This document shows, in pieces, positions 8,753 to 16,622 of a DNA stretch of 25,762 bases. Every line of letters begins with the position of its first letter. Positions within the stretch are counted from its first letter, which is position 1. The notes under the pieces are model-generated. The model was not told the origin of the DNA and did no database searches. It saw only the letters and a program-made list of their open reading frames with translations. The stretch is from Dehalococcoidia bacterium (GTDB taxonomy: Bacteria > Chloroflexota > Dehalococcoidia > Dehalococcoidales > DAOWLH01), in NCBI GenBank assembly GCA_030638985.1, contig DAOWDO010000085.1:1-25762 (forward strand). Direction: 5' to 3'. A program made the translations under genes and the position numbers.

Positions 8753-8773
8753 CGTTGGCCAATGCGGTGTCAA
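8745..8773 (-). promoter_or_regulatory. sigma70-type promoter upstream of the 77-aa protein / nadA operon
   Basis: Minus strand TTGACA (8773-8768), 17 bp, TAACAT (8750-8745). Confidence 0.75.
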
Positions 8774-8812
8774 TTCCGAAGTGAGGATTGGCCACAGGTC
8801 AGGCCTTACCAT

Positions 8813-9559
8813 CTATTTTGCTTCGCCACGTTCTTTGTAGACCAGCCGGGATAGCCATCTGCTCAACTCCAGCAGGATGATCAGTGGAATGGCGATAATG
8901 CTCTGATTTATGGGGGCAAAGGGGGGTGTTATGATGGCCGCCAGGACAAAGGCCAGTATGATCCACAGCTTACGCCGCTTGGCGAGCCACTGGGGCGTCA
9001 CCAGCCCCAGCCGCGCCATGAACATTATTATTATCGGTGTTTCAAAGACCAGGCCCACCAGCACAATCAGCCTGACGACCACGGAAATGTAGTTTTCAAT
9101 CCTGATTTGGGCGTCGGCGATGCCACTGCCGAAATTAAACAGGAAGTCCAGTGCCGGGGGCAGGGCGACGAAGTAAGCAAAGGCAACACCGGCAAAAAAC
9201 ATTATGGTAACCGCGGGCAGTATCCGGTAGATATAACCTTTCTCCTTGGAGGTGAGCGCCGGGGCAACAAAGCCGAAGAGCTGATATACCAGAAATGGCA
9301 TGGCGGCTATAATGCCGGTGGCGAGGGATACCTTGAAGAAAGTGCCGATGAACTCCGTCAGCTCGATATAGACCAGATTGGCGTTTGCTGCTGGCGCCTT
9401 TAAGATTTCAAAGATCTGCGGGGCAAAGATAAAGGCAAGACCGGTAGTGACGGCTACGACAATAATTGACCTTACAAGCCGGTCCCGCATTTCCCGAAGA
9501 TGCACCATTATTGGCATCTTGCTGGGGACATATTTGCGGCTTTCGGCTTTGGTTACCAC
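8813..9559 (-). CDS. tatC: Twin-arginine translocase subunit TatC
   Basis: HLREMRDRL, E.IGTFFKVSL, FVAPALTSKEK, FETP, ITPP; about six TM segments; GTG start. Confidence 0.96.
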   Translation of the reverse strand: MVTKAESRKYVPSKMPIMVHLREMRDRLVRSIIVVAVTTGLAFIFAPQIFEILKAPAANANLVYIELTEFIGTFFKVSLATGIIAAMPFLVYQLFGFVAPALTSKEKGYIYRILPAVTIMFFAGVAFAYFVALPPALDFLFNFGSGIADAQIRIENYISVVVRLIVLVGLVFETPIIIMFMARLGLVTPQWLAKRRKLWIILAFVLAAIITPPFAPINQSIIAIPLIILLELSRWLSRLVYKERGEAK

Positions 9560-9607
9560 CTTATACTACCTTGCTATAACTAATCCCAGGCGCTAAAAAG
9601 ATGCTGA

Positions 9608-10237
9608 TTAACCGGTTTCATCCCCCATCTCGTCTTCCCCGGGGGGAGCCACATCGCCGGAGCCCACTGCCTTTACCGGCTCTTTCTTTGCCGCCTTCTT
9701 TTTTGGAGTCTTTTTGGTTTTACCGGCCTCTCCATTCACTGCCTCCGATGCTTTGGCCAGGTCTTTGGCCCCCTTGTCCAGGGCTTCTTTGAACTCCTCC
9801 GCCCCTTCGCTCAGGGTTTTCTTTACACCCTTGGCCTCGGCATCAATCGTCTCCGCCAAATCCTTGGCTTCTTTCTCCAGCATTTCCTTCACCTCTTTAC
9901 TGCTGGCATCGATTGTCTCGGCCAAATCCGCAGTTTCGGCATCCAGAGTCTTTTTCACTTCTCTAGCTTCGGCAGCCAGGGTTTCTTGAAGCTCGGCGGC
10001 TTCACCCTTCAAGGTAGCTCTGATGTCGGCGGCGGTGCTTTTCATATCCTCAACTTCTCCATCCAGATCCAGCGCCTTTGTCATCTCGCCGGAAAACTCG
10101 CTGGTCATTTTCCTGATGTTCCGTACTAGCCGGCCCGCCTTACGGGCATACTCCGGTATCCGGTCTGGCCCGGCCACCAGCAGGATAACGGCAAGGATAA
10201 CCAGTATCTCAAGAAGACCAATATCAAAGAAGCCCAT
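9608..10237 (-). CDS. tatB: Twin-arginine translocase subunit TatB with long repetitive C-terminal region
   Basis: FDIGLLEILVILAVILLVAGPDRIPEYAR: single TM, GP hinge, amphipathic helix; directly upstream of tatC. Confidence 0.88.
   Translation of the reverse strand: MGFFDIGLLEILVILAVILLVAGPDRIPEYARKAGRLVRNIRKMTSEFSGEMTKALDLDGEVEDMKSTAADIRATLKGEAAELQETLAAEAREVKKTLDAETADLAETIDASSKEVKEMLEKEAKDLAETIDAEAKGVKKTLSEGAEEFKEALDKGAKDLAKASEAVNGEAGKTKKTPKKKAAKKEPVKAVGSGDVAPPGEDEMGDETG
9740..10036 (-). repeat. Nine degenerate 33-bp (11-aa) tandem units with 66-bp higher-order period inside tatB
   Basis: Units TAADIRATLKG/EAAELQETLAA/EAREVKKTLDA/ETADLAETIDA/SSKEVKEMLEK/EAKDLAETIDA/EAKGVKKTLSE/GAEEFKEALDK/GAKDLAKASEA; DNA catcaatcgtctccgccaaatcc (9841) vs catcgattgtctcggccaaatcc (9907), 66 bp apart. 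Confidence 0.85.
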
Positions 10238-10390
10238 TACCTATCCCTATAAACATAAAAAGAACTAAGCTGCAGCCCACCTGTACATCCTACTTAATAC
10301 CGGCGAGGGCGGCCATTCCCCCGGGTTGAAACAAAAAGCCGCCTCAGAATTAGATGACCTCAAAGTCGTCCTCGGCAACCATTAAAGAGG

Positions 10391-10588
10391 CTAGTCTAAC
10401 TTCCTTATGACCTTTCTCTTCTTTCTGGGCCCCTCATCGTCATCACGGTTACTCTTGCCACCACCCCGCAACGAGCGCACCCCTTTGCCGACAAACTCAA
10501 TAATCTGGGGCAGTTTCCCGGCACCGAAGATGATAAAAATGATGATCAGGATGAGGATAATCTCAACAACTCCCAACCTAAAGGGCAT
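10391..10588 (-). CDS. tatA: TatA/E-family subunit (second, divergent copy)
   Basis: ATG 10588 after GGAGGGAG; LGVVEIILILIIIFIIFGAGKLPQ. Confidence 0.88.
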   Translation of the reverse strand: MPFRLGVVEIILILIIIFIIFGAGKLPQIIEFVGKGVRSLRGGGKSNRDDDEGPRKKRKVIRKLD

Positions 10589-10891
10589 GACTCCCTCCAG
10601 TGTAGACAGGTATCCGAACCTGGCGGAAAGAAATAAAAATCTGCCTCCTCCACCCGACACCAAAACTACTTACACAAACAGCCATCGATATCCCCCTGGA
10701 TTGCCGGCTGCGCTGCTATCTGGCACACTCTCCCGAGGAGAATTCCACCTTAAGACAAGGAAATGCAGCCACCGGCAGGTTCCATACTTCATCGGCGATG
10801 CTAAAACAGCCCCCTCAGCAAGAGACACAATAACAGGATGACCATAACACCTGATAAAACGCTGTCTCGGCTAGAGTTTTTTTGCTTTCTC

Positions 10892-11155
10892 TTAGGCTTC
10901 GGTCTTAGCCTCGGTTTTTTCCTCGGCTGGAGCCGTCTCGGCTTTTACCTCAGCCGTCTTCTTGGCGACCCTCTTCTTCTTCCTGGTCTTCTTCTTGGGT
11001 TTCTCCTCATCCTCTTCGTCGCCAGTCTGCCCCCTCTTGAAGGCACGTATCCCCTTGCCAAAGGCAGCACCGACTTGCGGCAGTTTGCCTACCCCAAAGA
11101 CGATGAGGATAATTACCAGGATGAGTCCAATTTCCAATGGCCCTGGTGGTCTCAT
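10892..11155 (-). CDS. tatA: TatA/E-family subunit (canonical copy)
   Basis: PGPLEIGLILVIILIVFGVGKLPQVGAAFGKGIRAFK; AAGGGGG RBS. Confidence 0.93.
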   Translation of the reverse strand: MRPPGPLEIGLILVIILIVFGVGKLPQVGAAFGKGIRAFKRGQTGDEEDEEKPKKKTRKKKRVAKKTAEVKAETAPAEEKTEAKTEA

Positions 11156-11277
11156 ATAACAACAACCCCCTTACTTTAGTGATGCTGCTGGCCGCCAACA
11201 AGATGTCGCCCCACCTCTTTTAATTAACTTTAGAAGCATGGGCCAGTCACCCTGTTGCAGCAATGCTTACCATAGAA

Positions 11278-11306
11278 AATATACACAAATCACCATACGC
11301 TGTCAA
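11278..11306 (-). promoter_or_regulatory. sigma70-type promoter of the tat operon
   Basis: Minus strand TTGACA (11306-11301), 17 bp, TATATT (11283-11278). Confidence 0.8.
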
Positions 11307-11332
11307 ACATATCTGTTGTCAAGTGTCAAAAC

Positions 11333-11360
11333 TTGATAATCAGCCAAGAAACGATATAAT
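11333..11360 (+). promoter_or_regulatory. sigma70-type promoter of folP-folK-PTPS
   Basis: TTGATA (11333-11338), 16 bp, TATAAT (11355-11360); divergent from the tat promoter. Confidence 0.7.
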
Positions 11361-11402
11361 ATTCACCGACCCTATTAGTGCCCACGATAGGAGAGGGACC
11401 GA

Positions 11403-12257
11403 TTGGAGAAGAAAAATCTGCCAGTGGCGGCTGTACACCCGGCTGACGCCGAGTTCCGGTGGGGAGAGCGTACTTACGTCATGGGCATAATAAACCTTAC
11501 CCCGGACTCTTTTTCGGGAGACGGGCTGGGCAGCGATATTGAGGCAGCCAGTGAACAGGCAGGACGAATGGTGGCCGAAGGCGCCGATATAATAGACATC
11601 GGTGGTGAGTCCACCCGACCCGGCGGTCAACCGGTATCCGCAGATGAAGAACTGAGGCGCGTCATACCGGCGCTGGAGAGGCTGGCCGGAGAGCTTTCCG
11701 TGCCCATAAGCATCGACACCAGCAGAGCCACCGTCGCCAGCCGCGCCCTGGCCGCCGGTGCCAGCATAATCAACGATGTCTGGGGCCTGAAGAAGGACAT
11801 CAAACTGGCCGAGGTAGCCGCTCTAACCGGAGCGGCAATCATCCTGGCCAGCAACCAGCGCCACCAGTCCTGCAGGCAGGACATAATGACCGGGGTAATC
11901 TCCAGCCTTGAGCATAGCATTGCCACTGCCATAAAAGCCGGCGTCGATGAGCATAGAATCATCATTGACCCCGGCATCGGCTTTGGCAAGACGCTGGAGC
12001 AGAATCTGGAGATTGTGCACCGGCTGGCCGAGCTAAAAAGCATGGGCTATCCCATACTTCTGGGCACCTCGCGCAAATCAATGATTGGTCTGGTGCTGAA
12101 TTTGCCCCCCGACCAGCGGCTGGAAGGGACAGCGGCCACGGTGGCCATCGGCATAGCCAACGGGGCTGATATAATAAGAGTCCACGATGTCAGGGAGATG
12201 GTGAGGGTATGCCGCATGAGTGATGCCATAGTCAGGAGAAAACAAGGTGGTTGTTGA
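11403..12257 (+). CDS. folP: Dihydropteroate synthase
   Basis: MGIINLTPDSFSGDG, DIGGESTRPG, SIDT, INDVWG, DPGIGFGK, GTSRKS, RVHDV; TTG start with AGGAGAGG RBS. Confidence 0.96.
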   Translation: MEKKNLPVAAVHPADAEFRWGERTYVMGIINLTPDSFSGDGLGSDIEAASEQAGRMVAEGADIIDIGGESTRPGGQPVSADEELRRVIPALERLAGELSVPISIDTSRATVASRALAAGASIINDVWGLKKDIKLAEVAALTGAAIILASNQRHQSCRQDIMTGVISSLEHSIATAIKAGVDEHRIIIDPGIGFGKTLEQNLEIVHRLAELKSMGYPILLGTSRKSMIGLVLNLPPDQRLEGTAATVAIGIANGADIIRVHDVREMVRVCRMSDAIVRRKQGGC

Positions 12258-12258
12258 C

Positions 12259-12750
12259 ATGGTAACGGTTTATCTCGGCCTTGGCTCCAACCTGGGTGAG
12301 CGCCAGGAGAACCTGGACAAGGTGCTGGATTACCTATCGCAACGGCTTAAAATAACCGGGGTCTCATCGGTCTATGACACCGAGCCGGTGGGCAACCCGC
12401 AGCAACCCCGCTTCCTCAACATGGTCTGCTGCGTCCGCACCATGCTCAAGCCAGGTGAATTGCTGATTCTGGCCAAGGGCATCGAGAGGAAGATGGGCCG
12501 TCAACCGGGCAGGCCCAACTCCCCCCGCCCGATTGATATCGACATCCTGCTCTACGGCAGCGAGGTTATCAATTCCCCCGACCTGGTTATACCCCACCCC
12601 AGGCTGAGCCGGCGGGCCTTTGTGCTGGTGCCGCTGGCCGAGCTTGCCCCCGACCTAGTACATCCACAAAATAATAAATCGGTCAAAGAACTGCTTAAAG
12701 AAGTCAAGCTGGGCGTCCAGGGAGTGCTTAAACTGGAGGACAATGGCTAG
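12259..12750 (+). CDS. folK: 2-amino-4-hydroxy-6-hydroxymethyldihydropteridine diphosphokinase
   Basis: ATG 12259 preferred; YLGLGSNLG, QPRFLN, PRPIDIDILLY, IPHPR, RAFVLVPLAEL. Confidence 0.96.
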   Translation: MVTVYLGLGSNLGERQENLDKVLDYLSQRLKITGVSSVYDTEPVGNPQQPRFLNMVCCVRTMLKPGELLILAKGIERKMGRQPGRPNSPRPIDIDILLYGSEVINSPDLVIPHPRLSRRAFVLVPLAELAPDLVHPQNNKSVKELLKEVKLGVQGVLKLEDNG

Positions 12751-12752
12751 AT

Positions 12753-13124
12753 ATGTACCAAATATCTGTAGAGGAGCACTTTGACGCCGCCCACGCCCTG
12801 CGCGGTTACAGGGGCAAGTGTGAGGCGCTGCACGGCCACCGCTTCCAGGTGGTGGTCAGGGTCAGGGCTTCCCGGCTGGATGACATCGGCCTGGCCTATG
12901 ACTTTACCGAGCTAAAGGCAAAGCTGAGGGCAATACTCGAGCGCTTTGACCACAGCTGCTTAAACGACGTAATGCCCTTTGATAAGATAAACCCCTCCTC
13001 GGAGAACATCGCCGCCACCATCTACGGTGAAATGAAGGCCCGGCTTGAAGAAGCCCCGGTTACCCTGGAGGCGGTGGAGGTGCGGGAGTCCCCGGAGAGC
13101 GGGGTGGAGTACCGAGAGGGGTAG
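12753..13124 (+). CDS. queD: 6-pyruvoyl-tetrahydropterin synthase family (COG0720; QueD/PTPS-III type)
   Basis: FDAAH, CEALHGH, DF..LK, FDHS.LND, PSSENIA, VRESP; function may be folate rather than queuosine (see findings). Confidence 0.85.
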   Translation: MYQISVEEHFDAAHALRGYRGKCEALHGHRFQVVVRVRASRLDDIGLAYDFTELKAKLRAILERFDHSCLNDVMPFDKINPSSENIAATIYGEMKARLEEAPVTLEAVEVRESPESGVEYREG

Positions 13125-13167
13125 CGATTGCCCTCCGGCATACCCTCTGGATTATCCCGCTTTTTGC

Positions 13168-13196
13168 TTGTTTCGCCGTCTTTGTTGTGCTATTAT
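13168..13196 (+). promoter_or_regulatory. Extended -10 promoter of recA
   Basis: TGcTATTAT at 13188-13196; weak -35 TTGTTT 17 bp upstream. Confidence 0.6.
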
Positions 13197-13210
13197 TGCC
13201 CTAGGCGAAC

Positions 13211-14224
13211 ATGGTCACCGAAAAGGAAAAAGCACTGGAACTAGCCTGCGAGCGTATTGAAAAGCAGTACGGCAAGGGCGCCATCATGAGGCTGGGAGTG
13301 GCGGCCTCGCTGCCAGCGGTTGAGTCCATTCCCAGCGGCTCACTGGCGCTGGATATCGCCCTGGGTATCGGTGGTTTTCCCAGAGGGCGGGTTACCGAAA
13401 TATTCGGCCCCGAGGGCTCTGGCAAGACCACCCTGGGTCAACACATAATCGCCGAGGCCCAGAAGCGGGGCGGTACTGCCGCTTACATCGATGTTGAGCA
13501 CGCCCTGGACCCAAAGTATGCCGCTATCTGCGGTGTTAACCTGGACGAACTCCTGATCTCCCAGCCCGATACCGGGGAGGAGGGTTTAGAGATTACCGAA
13601 GCCCTGGTAAGAAGCGGCGCCGTTGATATCATCGTCATTGACAGCGTGGCCGCCCTGGTCCCCCGGGCGGAGATTGAGGGGGAGATGGGCGATGCCCATA
13701 TCGGTCTTCAGGCCCGGCTGATGTCGCAGGCACTGAGGAAGCTGACAGCAGCCATCGGCCGCTCGGGAACAGCGGTGGTCTTCATCAACCAGCTCCGAGA
13801 AAAGGTCGGCATTGTCTTTGGCAACCCGGAGGTAACGCCGGGCGGCCGGGCACTCAAGTTCTACAGCTCGGTGAGGACCGACCTGAGGCGGGTGGAGACC
13901 ATCAAACAGGGGAACGTGGCCGTCGGCAGCCGCGTCCGGGCCAGAGTGGTGAAGAACAAGGTGGCCCCACCCTTCCGCACCGCCGAGTTTGACATCATGT
14001 TTGACTCCGGCATCAGCCGGGAGGGTGACATCGTTGACCTTGGTGTCGCTCTGGGAACAATCAAGAAAGCCGGTGCCTTTTTCTCTTATGGTGACATTCG
14101 CCTGGGGCAAGGTAGAGAGAGTGCCAAGAAATACCTGAAGGAGAATCCTGAGCTGGCTCAGGAGATCGAACGGCAGGTAAGAGCCTCAGCAGCCACCACC
14201 TATAATTCCACAAATAGCGATTGA
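13211..14224 (+). CDS. recA: Recombinase RecA
   Basis: [68 protein letters not shown]. Confidence 0.99.
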   Translation: MVTEKEKALELACERIEKQYGKGAIMRLGVAASLPAVESIPSGSLALDIALGIGGFPRGRVTEIFGPEGSGKTTLGQHIIAEAQKRGGTAAYIDVEHALDPKYAAICGVNLDELLISQPDTGEEGLEITEALVRSGAVDIIVIDSVAALVPRAEIEGEMGDAHIGLQARLMSQALRKLTAAIGRSGTAVVFINQLREKVGIVFGNPEVTPGGRALKFYSSVRTDLRRVETIKQGNVAVGSRVRARVVKNKVAPPFRTAEFDIMFDSGISREGDIVDLGVALGTIKKAGAFFSYGDIRLGQGRESAKKYLKENPELAQEIERQVRASAATTYNSTNSD

Positions 14225-14269
14225 CCCATCGTTTAAAGATGAGTCAATAGATATAACAGATGTAGGCGC

Positions 14270-14309
14270 AACAGGGCTGAGGCAGCTGCCTTAGGCCCTG
14301 TTTATTTAT
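14270..14309 (+). terminator. Stem-loop between recA and recX (probable terminator/attenuator)
   Basis: AACAGGGC-TGAGGC[AGCT]GCCTTA-G-GCCCTGTT (14270-14302), about 14 bp with one G-U pair and one bulge, followed by TATTTAT. Confidence 0.7.
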
Positions 14310-14321
14310 GGAGATTATGAA

Positions 14322-14984
14322 ATGGCTGAAATAACCGCCCTGCGCACCAGCCAGGGCAGCCGCCAGCGGGTAAGGCTGTTTCTGGACGGCAGTTTCGCCT
14401 TTAGCCTCGATGCCGAGGTCGCCCTGAAGGAGGGGCTTAAGATGGGGCAGGAGCTGGCCGAAAGCCAGGTCAAGGCCCTGGCCCAGGCTCAGAACTGCCA
14501 CCGCTGCCGCGGCGCTGCCACCCGGCTGCTCGGCTACCGGCCGCGCAGCGAGCATGAGCTAGCGCAGCGGCTGCGCCAGCGTGGTTTCGATGTAGCAACC
14601 ATTGACGCAGTGCTGACCACACTCAAGGGGCAGGGACTGGTGGACGACAGCTCCTTCGCCACATTCTGGAAGGATAACCGACAATCTTTCAGCCCGCGAA
14701 GTAAGTGGCTGACCAGACAGGAGCTCCGGCAGAAAGGGGTGCCGGCAGAGGTTATCGACCAGGTTGTCAGCACCATCGATGACAGCGACAGCGCCTACCG
14801 GGCAGCTAAAAGAAAGGCCCGTGGCCTGAAAGGGTCCGACTACGACAGCTTTCGCCGCCGTCTCGGAGGATTCCTGCAGCGCCGCGGCTTTAACTACCGG
14901 GTAATAGCCACCACCGTTGAGCGGTTGTGGCGGGAGGGGGATAGGCCGGATAGAAATCCATTTGACACCCAATTGACCACATAA
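14322..14984 (+). CDS. recX: Regulatory protein RecX
   Basis: ITAL...RVRLFLDGSFAF N-terminus; LLGYRPRSEHELAQRL, GLVDDSSFA, QELRQKGV, FLQRRGF; downstream of recA. Confidence 0.93.
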   Translation: MAEITALRTSQGSRQRVRLFLDGSFAFSLDAEVALKEGLKMGQELAESQVKALAQAQNCHRCRGAATRLLGYRPRSEHELAQRLRQRGFDVATIDAVLTTLKGQGLVDDSSFATFWKDNRQSFSPRSKWLTRQELRQKGVPAEVIDQVVSTIDDSDSAYRAAKRKARGLKGSDYDSFRRRLGGFLQRRGFNYRVIATTVERLWREGDRPDRNPFDTQLTT

Positions 14985-15051
14985 GTAGTATTATCTACCA
15001 GGCTTAGGCCCCTGAGAAGCATCATATAAGTAACTGAAAGGGGGATACAAA

Positions 15052-16599
15052 ATGGAAATAAACGCAACAGCTGCAGTAATAGCCATATTCTTTAGCTTTG
15101 TCATCGGTGTCGTTTTCGGCGGTATGGCCCTGCTCCTATCCCGGGGGTTCATCGCCAACCGCCAGATACGTCTTGCCCAGAAGAAAGCGGCCAGAATTCA
15201 GGCCGAGGCAAAGCACCAGGCCAAGGATATCATCAACGAATCCAGAGGAGAGGTTGAGCGAGTCAAGGCAAGCACTGATAGCGAGTACCGTGAACGGCGC
15301 ACTGAACTGCAGCGCCAGGAGAACCGGCTCAGCCAGAAGGAGAGTAACCTGGAACGTAAACTGGGAGAGGCCGAACAACGAGAGCGCCAGCTGACCAGCA
15401 AGGAGAAGGAGGCAGAACAAATCCAGGAAAAGCTGGTCGAAATCAAGGAGAGCCAGTTAAAGAAGCTGGAGCTGGTTGCCGATATGACCAGCGAGGAGGC
15501 CAAGCAGTCGCTCCTTGACAGGATGGAGGCCGAAATGCAGGCGGAGTCTGCCCGGCGCCTTCGTGAGTGGGATGCCAAAATAAGGGAAGAGGCCGATGAG
15601 AAGGCCCGGGAAATTCTGTCCCAGGTCATCCAGCGTAACGCCTCTGAAGTGGTATCGGAGACGACGGTCAGCGTGGTACCCCTGCCCAGCGATGAAATGA
15701 AAGGGCGGCTCATCGGACGAGAGGGACGTAATATCAGAGCCTTGGAGCAGGCCACCGGTGTTGACCTGATTATTGACGACACGCCGGAGGCGGTAACCCT
15801 GTCCAGCTTTGATGCGGTGCGGCGGGAAGTAGCCCGCCGCTCGCTGGAGAAGTTGATTGCCGACGGCCGTATCCACCCGGCCCGCATCGAAGAAGTGGTG
15901 GCCAAAGCTAAAGAGGAAGTCGAGGCCGCCATCAACAGTGCCGGAGAGCAGGCGGCCTATCAGGTTGGGGTACATGGCCTCCGTCCCGAGCTGATACGGA
16001 TCCTGGGCCGCCTTAAGTACCGCACCAGCTATGGCCAGAACGTCCTGGTACACTCTATCGAGGTAGCCAACCTGGCCAGTTTGATTGCCACTGAACTGGG
16101 CGCCAATGTGGCCACCGCTAAGAGAGCCGGCCTGCTCCATGATATTGGCAAGGCCGTCGACCACGAGGTGGAGGGCACACACGCCGTCATCGGGGCCAAC
16201 CTGGTCAAGCAGTGGGATAAATCCAAGGAAGTGCTCCAGGGCGTCTCCGAGCACCATCTGGAGACCAGCGATACCAGCCTCTGGGGATTCATCGTCTCGG
16301 CGGCCGATGCCATAAGCAGCGCCCGGCCCGGAGCCAGACGGGAGTCCCTCGAAAGCTACCTGAAGCGGCTCAAGGAGTTGGAAGAGATAGCCAATAGTTT
16401 TAAAGGGGTCGAGAAGGCCTACGCCATTCAGGCCGGCCGCGAAGTACGCATTCTGGTCAAGCCGGAGGACATAGACGACCTGGGTTCCATGAGACTGGCC
16501 CGGGATATTGTCAAGAAGATTGAGGAAGGCCTTGCCTATCCCGGTCAGATAAAAGTGACCGTTCTTCGGGAGACAAGAGCCGTGGACTACGCTAGATAG
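15052..16599 (+). CDS. rny: Ribonuclease Y
   Basis: N-terminal TM, coiled coil, KH domain ([13 protein letters not shown]), HD motif [16 protein letters not shown]; GGGGGA RBS. Confidence 0.97.
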   Translation: MEINATAAVIAIFFSFVIGVVFGGMALLLSRGFIANRQIRLAQKKAARIQAEAKHQAKDIINESRGEVERVKASTDSEYRERRTELQRQENRLSQKESNLERKLGEAEQRERQLTSKEKEAEQIQEKLVEIKESQLKKLELVADMTSEEAKQSLLDRMEAEMQAESARRLREWDAKIREEADEKAREILSQVIQRNASEVVSETTVSVVPLPSDEMKGRLIGREGRNIRALEQATGVDLIIDDTPEAVTLSSFDAVRREVARRSLEKLIADGRIHPARIEEVVAKAKEEVEAAINSAGEQAAYQVGVHGLRPELIRILGRLKYRTSYGQNVLVHSIEVANLASLIATELGANVATAKRAGLLHDIGKAVDHEVEGTHAVIGANLVKQWDKSKEVLQGVSEHHLETSDTSLWGFIVSAADAISSARPGARRESLESYLKRLKELEEIANSFKGVEKAYAIQAGREVRILVKPEDIDDLGSMRLARDIVKKIEEGLAYPGQIKVTVLRETRAVDYAR

Positions 16600-16622
16600 A
16601 AATCATAAAACTGGGGTATCTT

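Noticed and set aside
10600-10625. CAGGTTCGGA hairpin reminiscent of SRP RNA domain IV
   Set aside because: Lacks the GNRA-capped helix and AGCAG internal loop.
10720-10860. SAM-I riboswitch-like fragments on the minus strand (TTATCAGG, GAGGGGCTG, GCCGATGAAG)
   Set aside because: Spacing is wrong, the GGCAAC and GGTGC.AA.TCC elements are missing, and the context (between tatA genes) is implausible; an Rfam search would settle it.
13206-13217. GAACatggTCAC as a LexA box at recA
   Set aside because: The second half-site does not match GTTC and overlaps the start codon.
15198-16257. 245-aa and 266-aa minus-strand ORFs
   Set aside because: Antisense to rny; Ser/Arg-rich or motif-free shadows.
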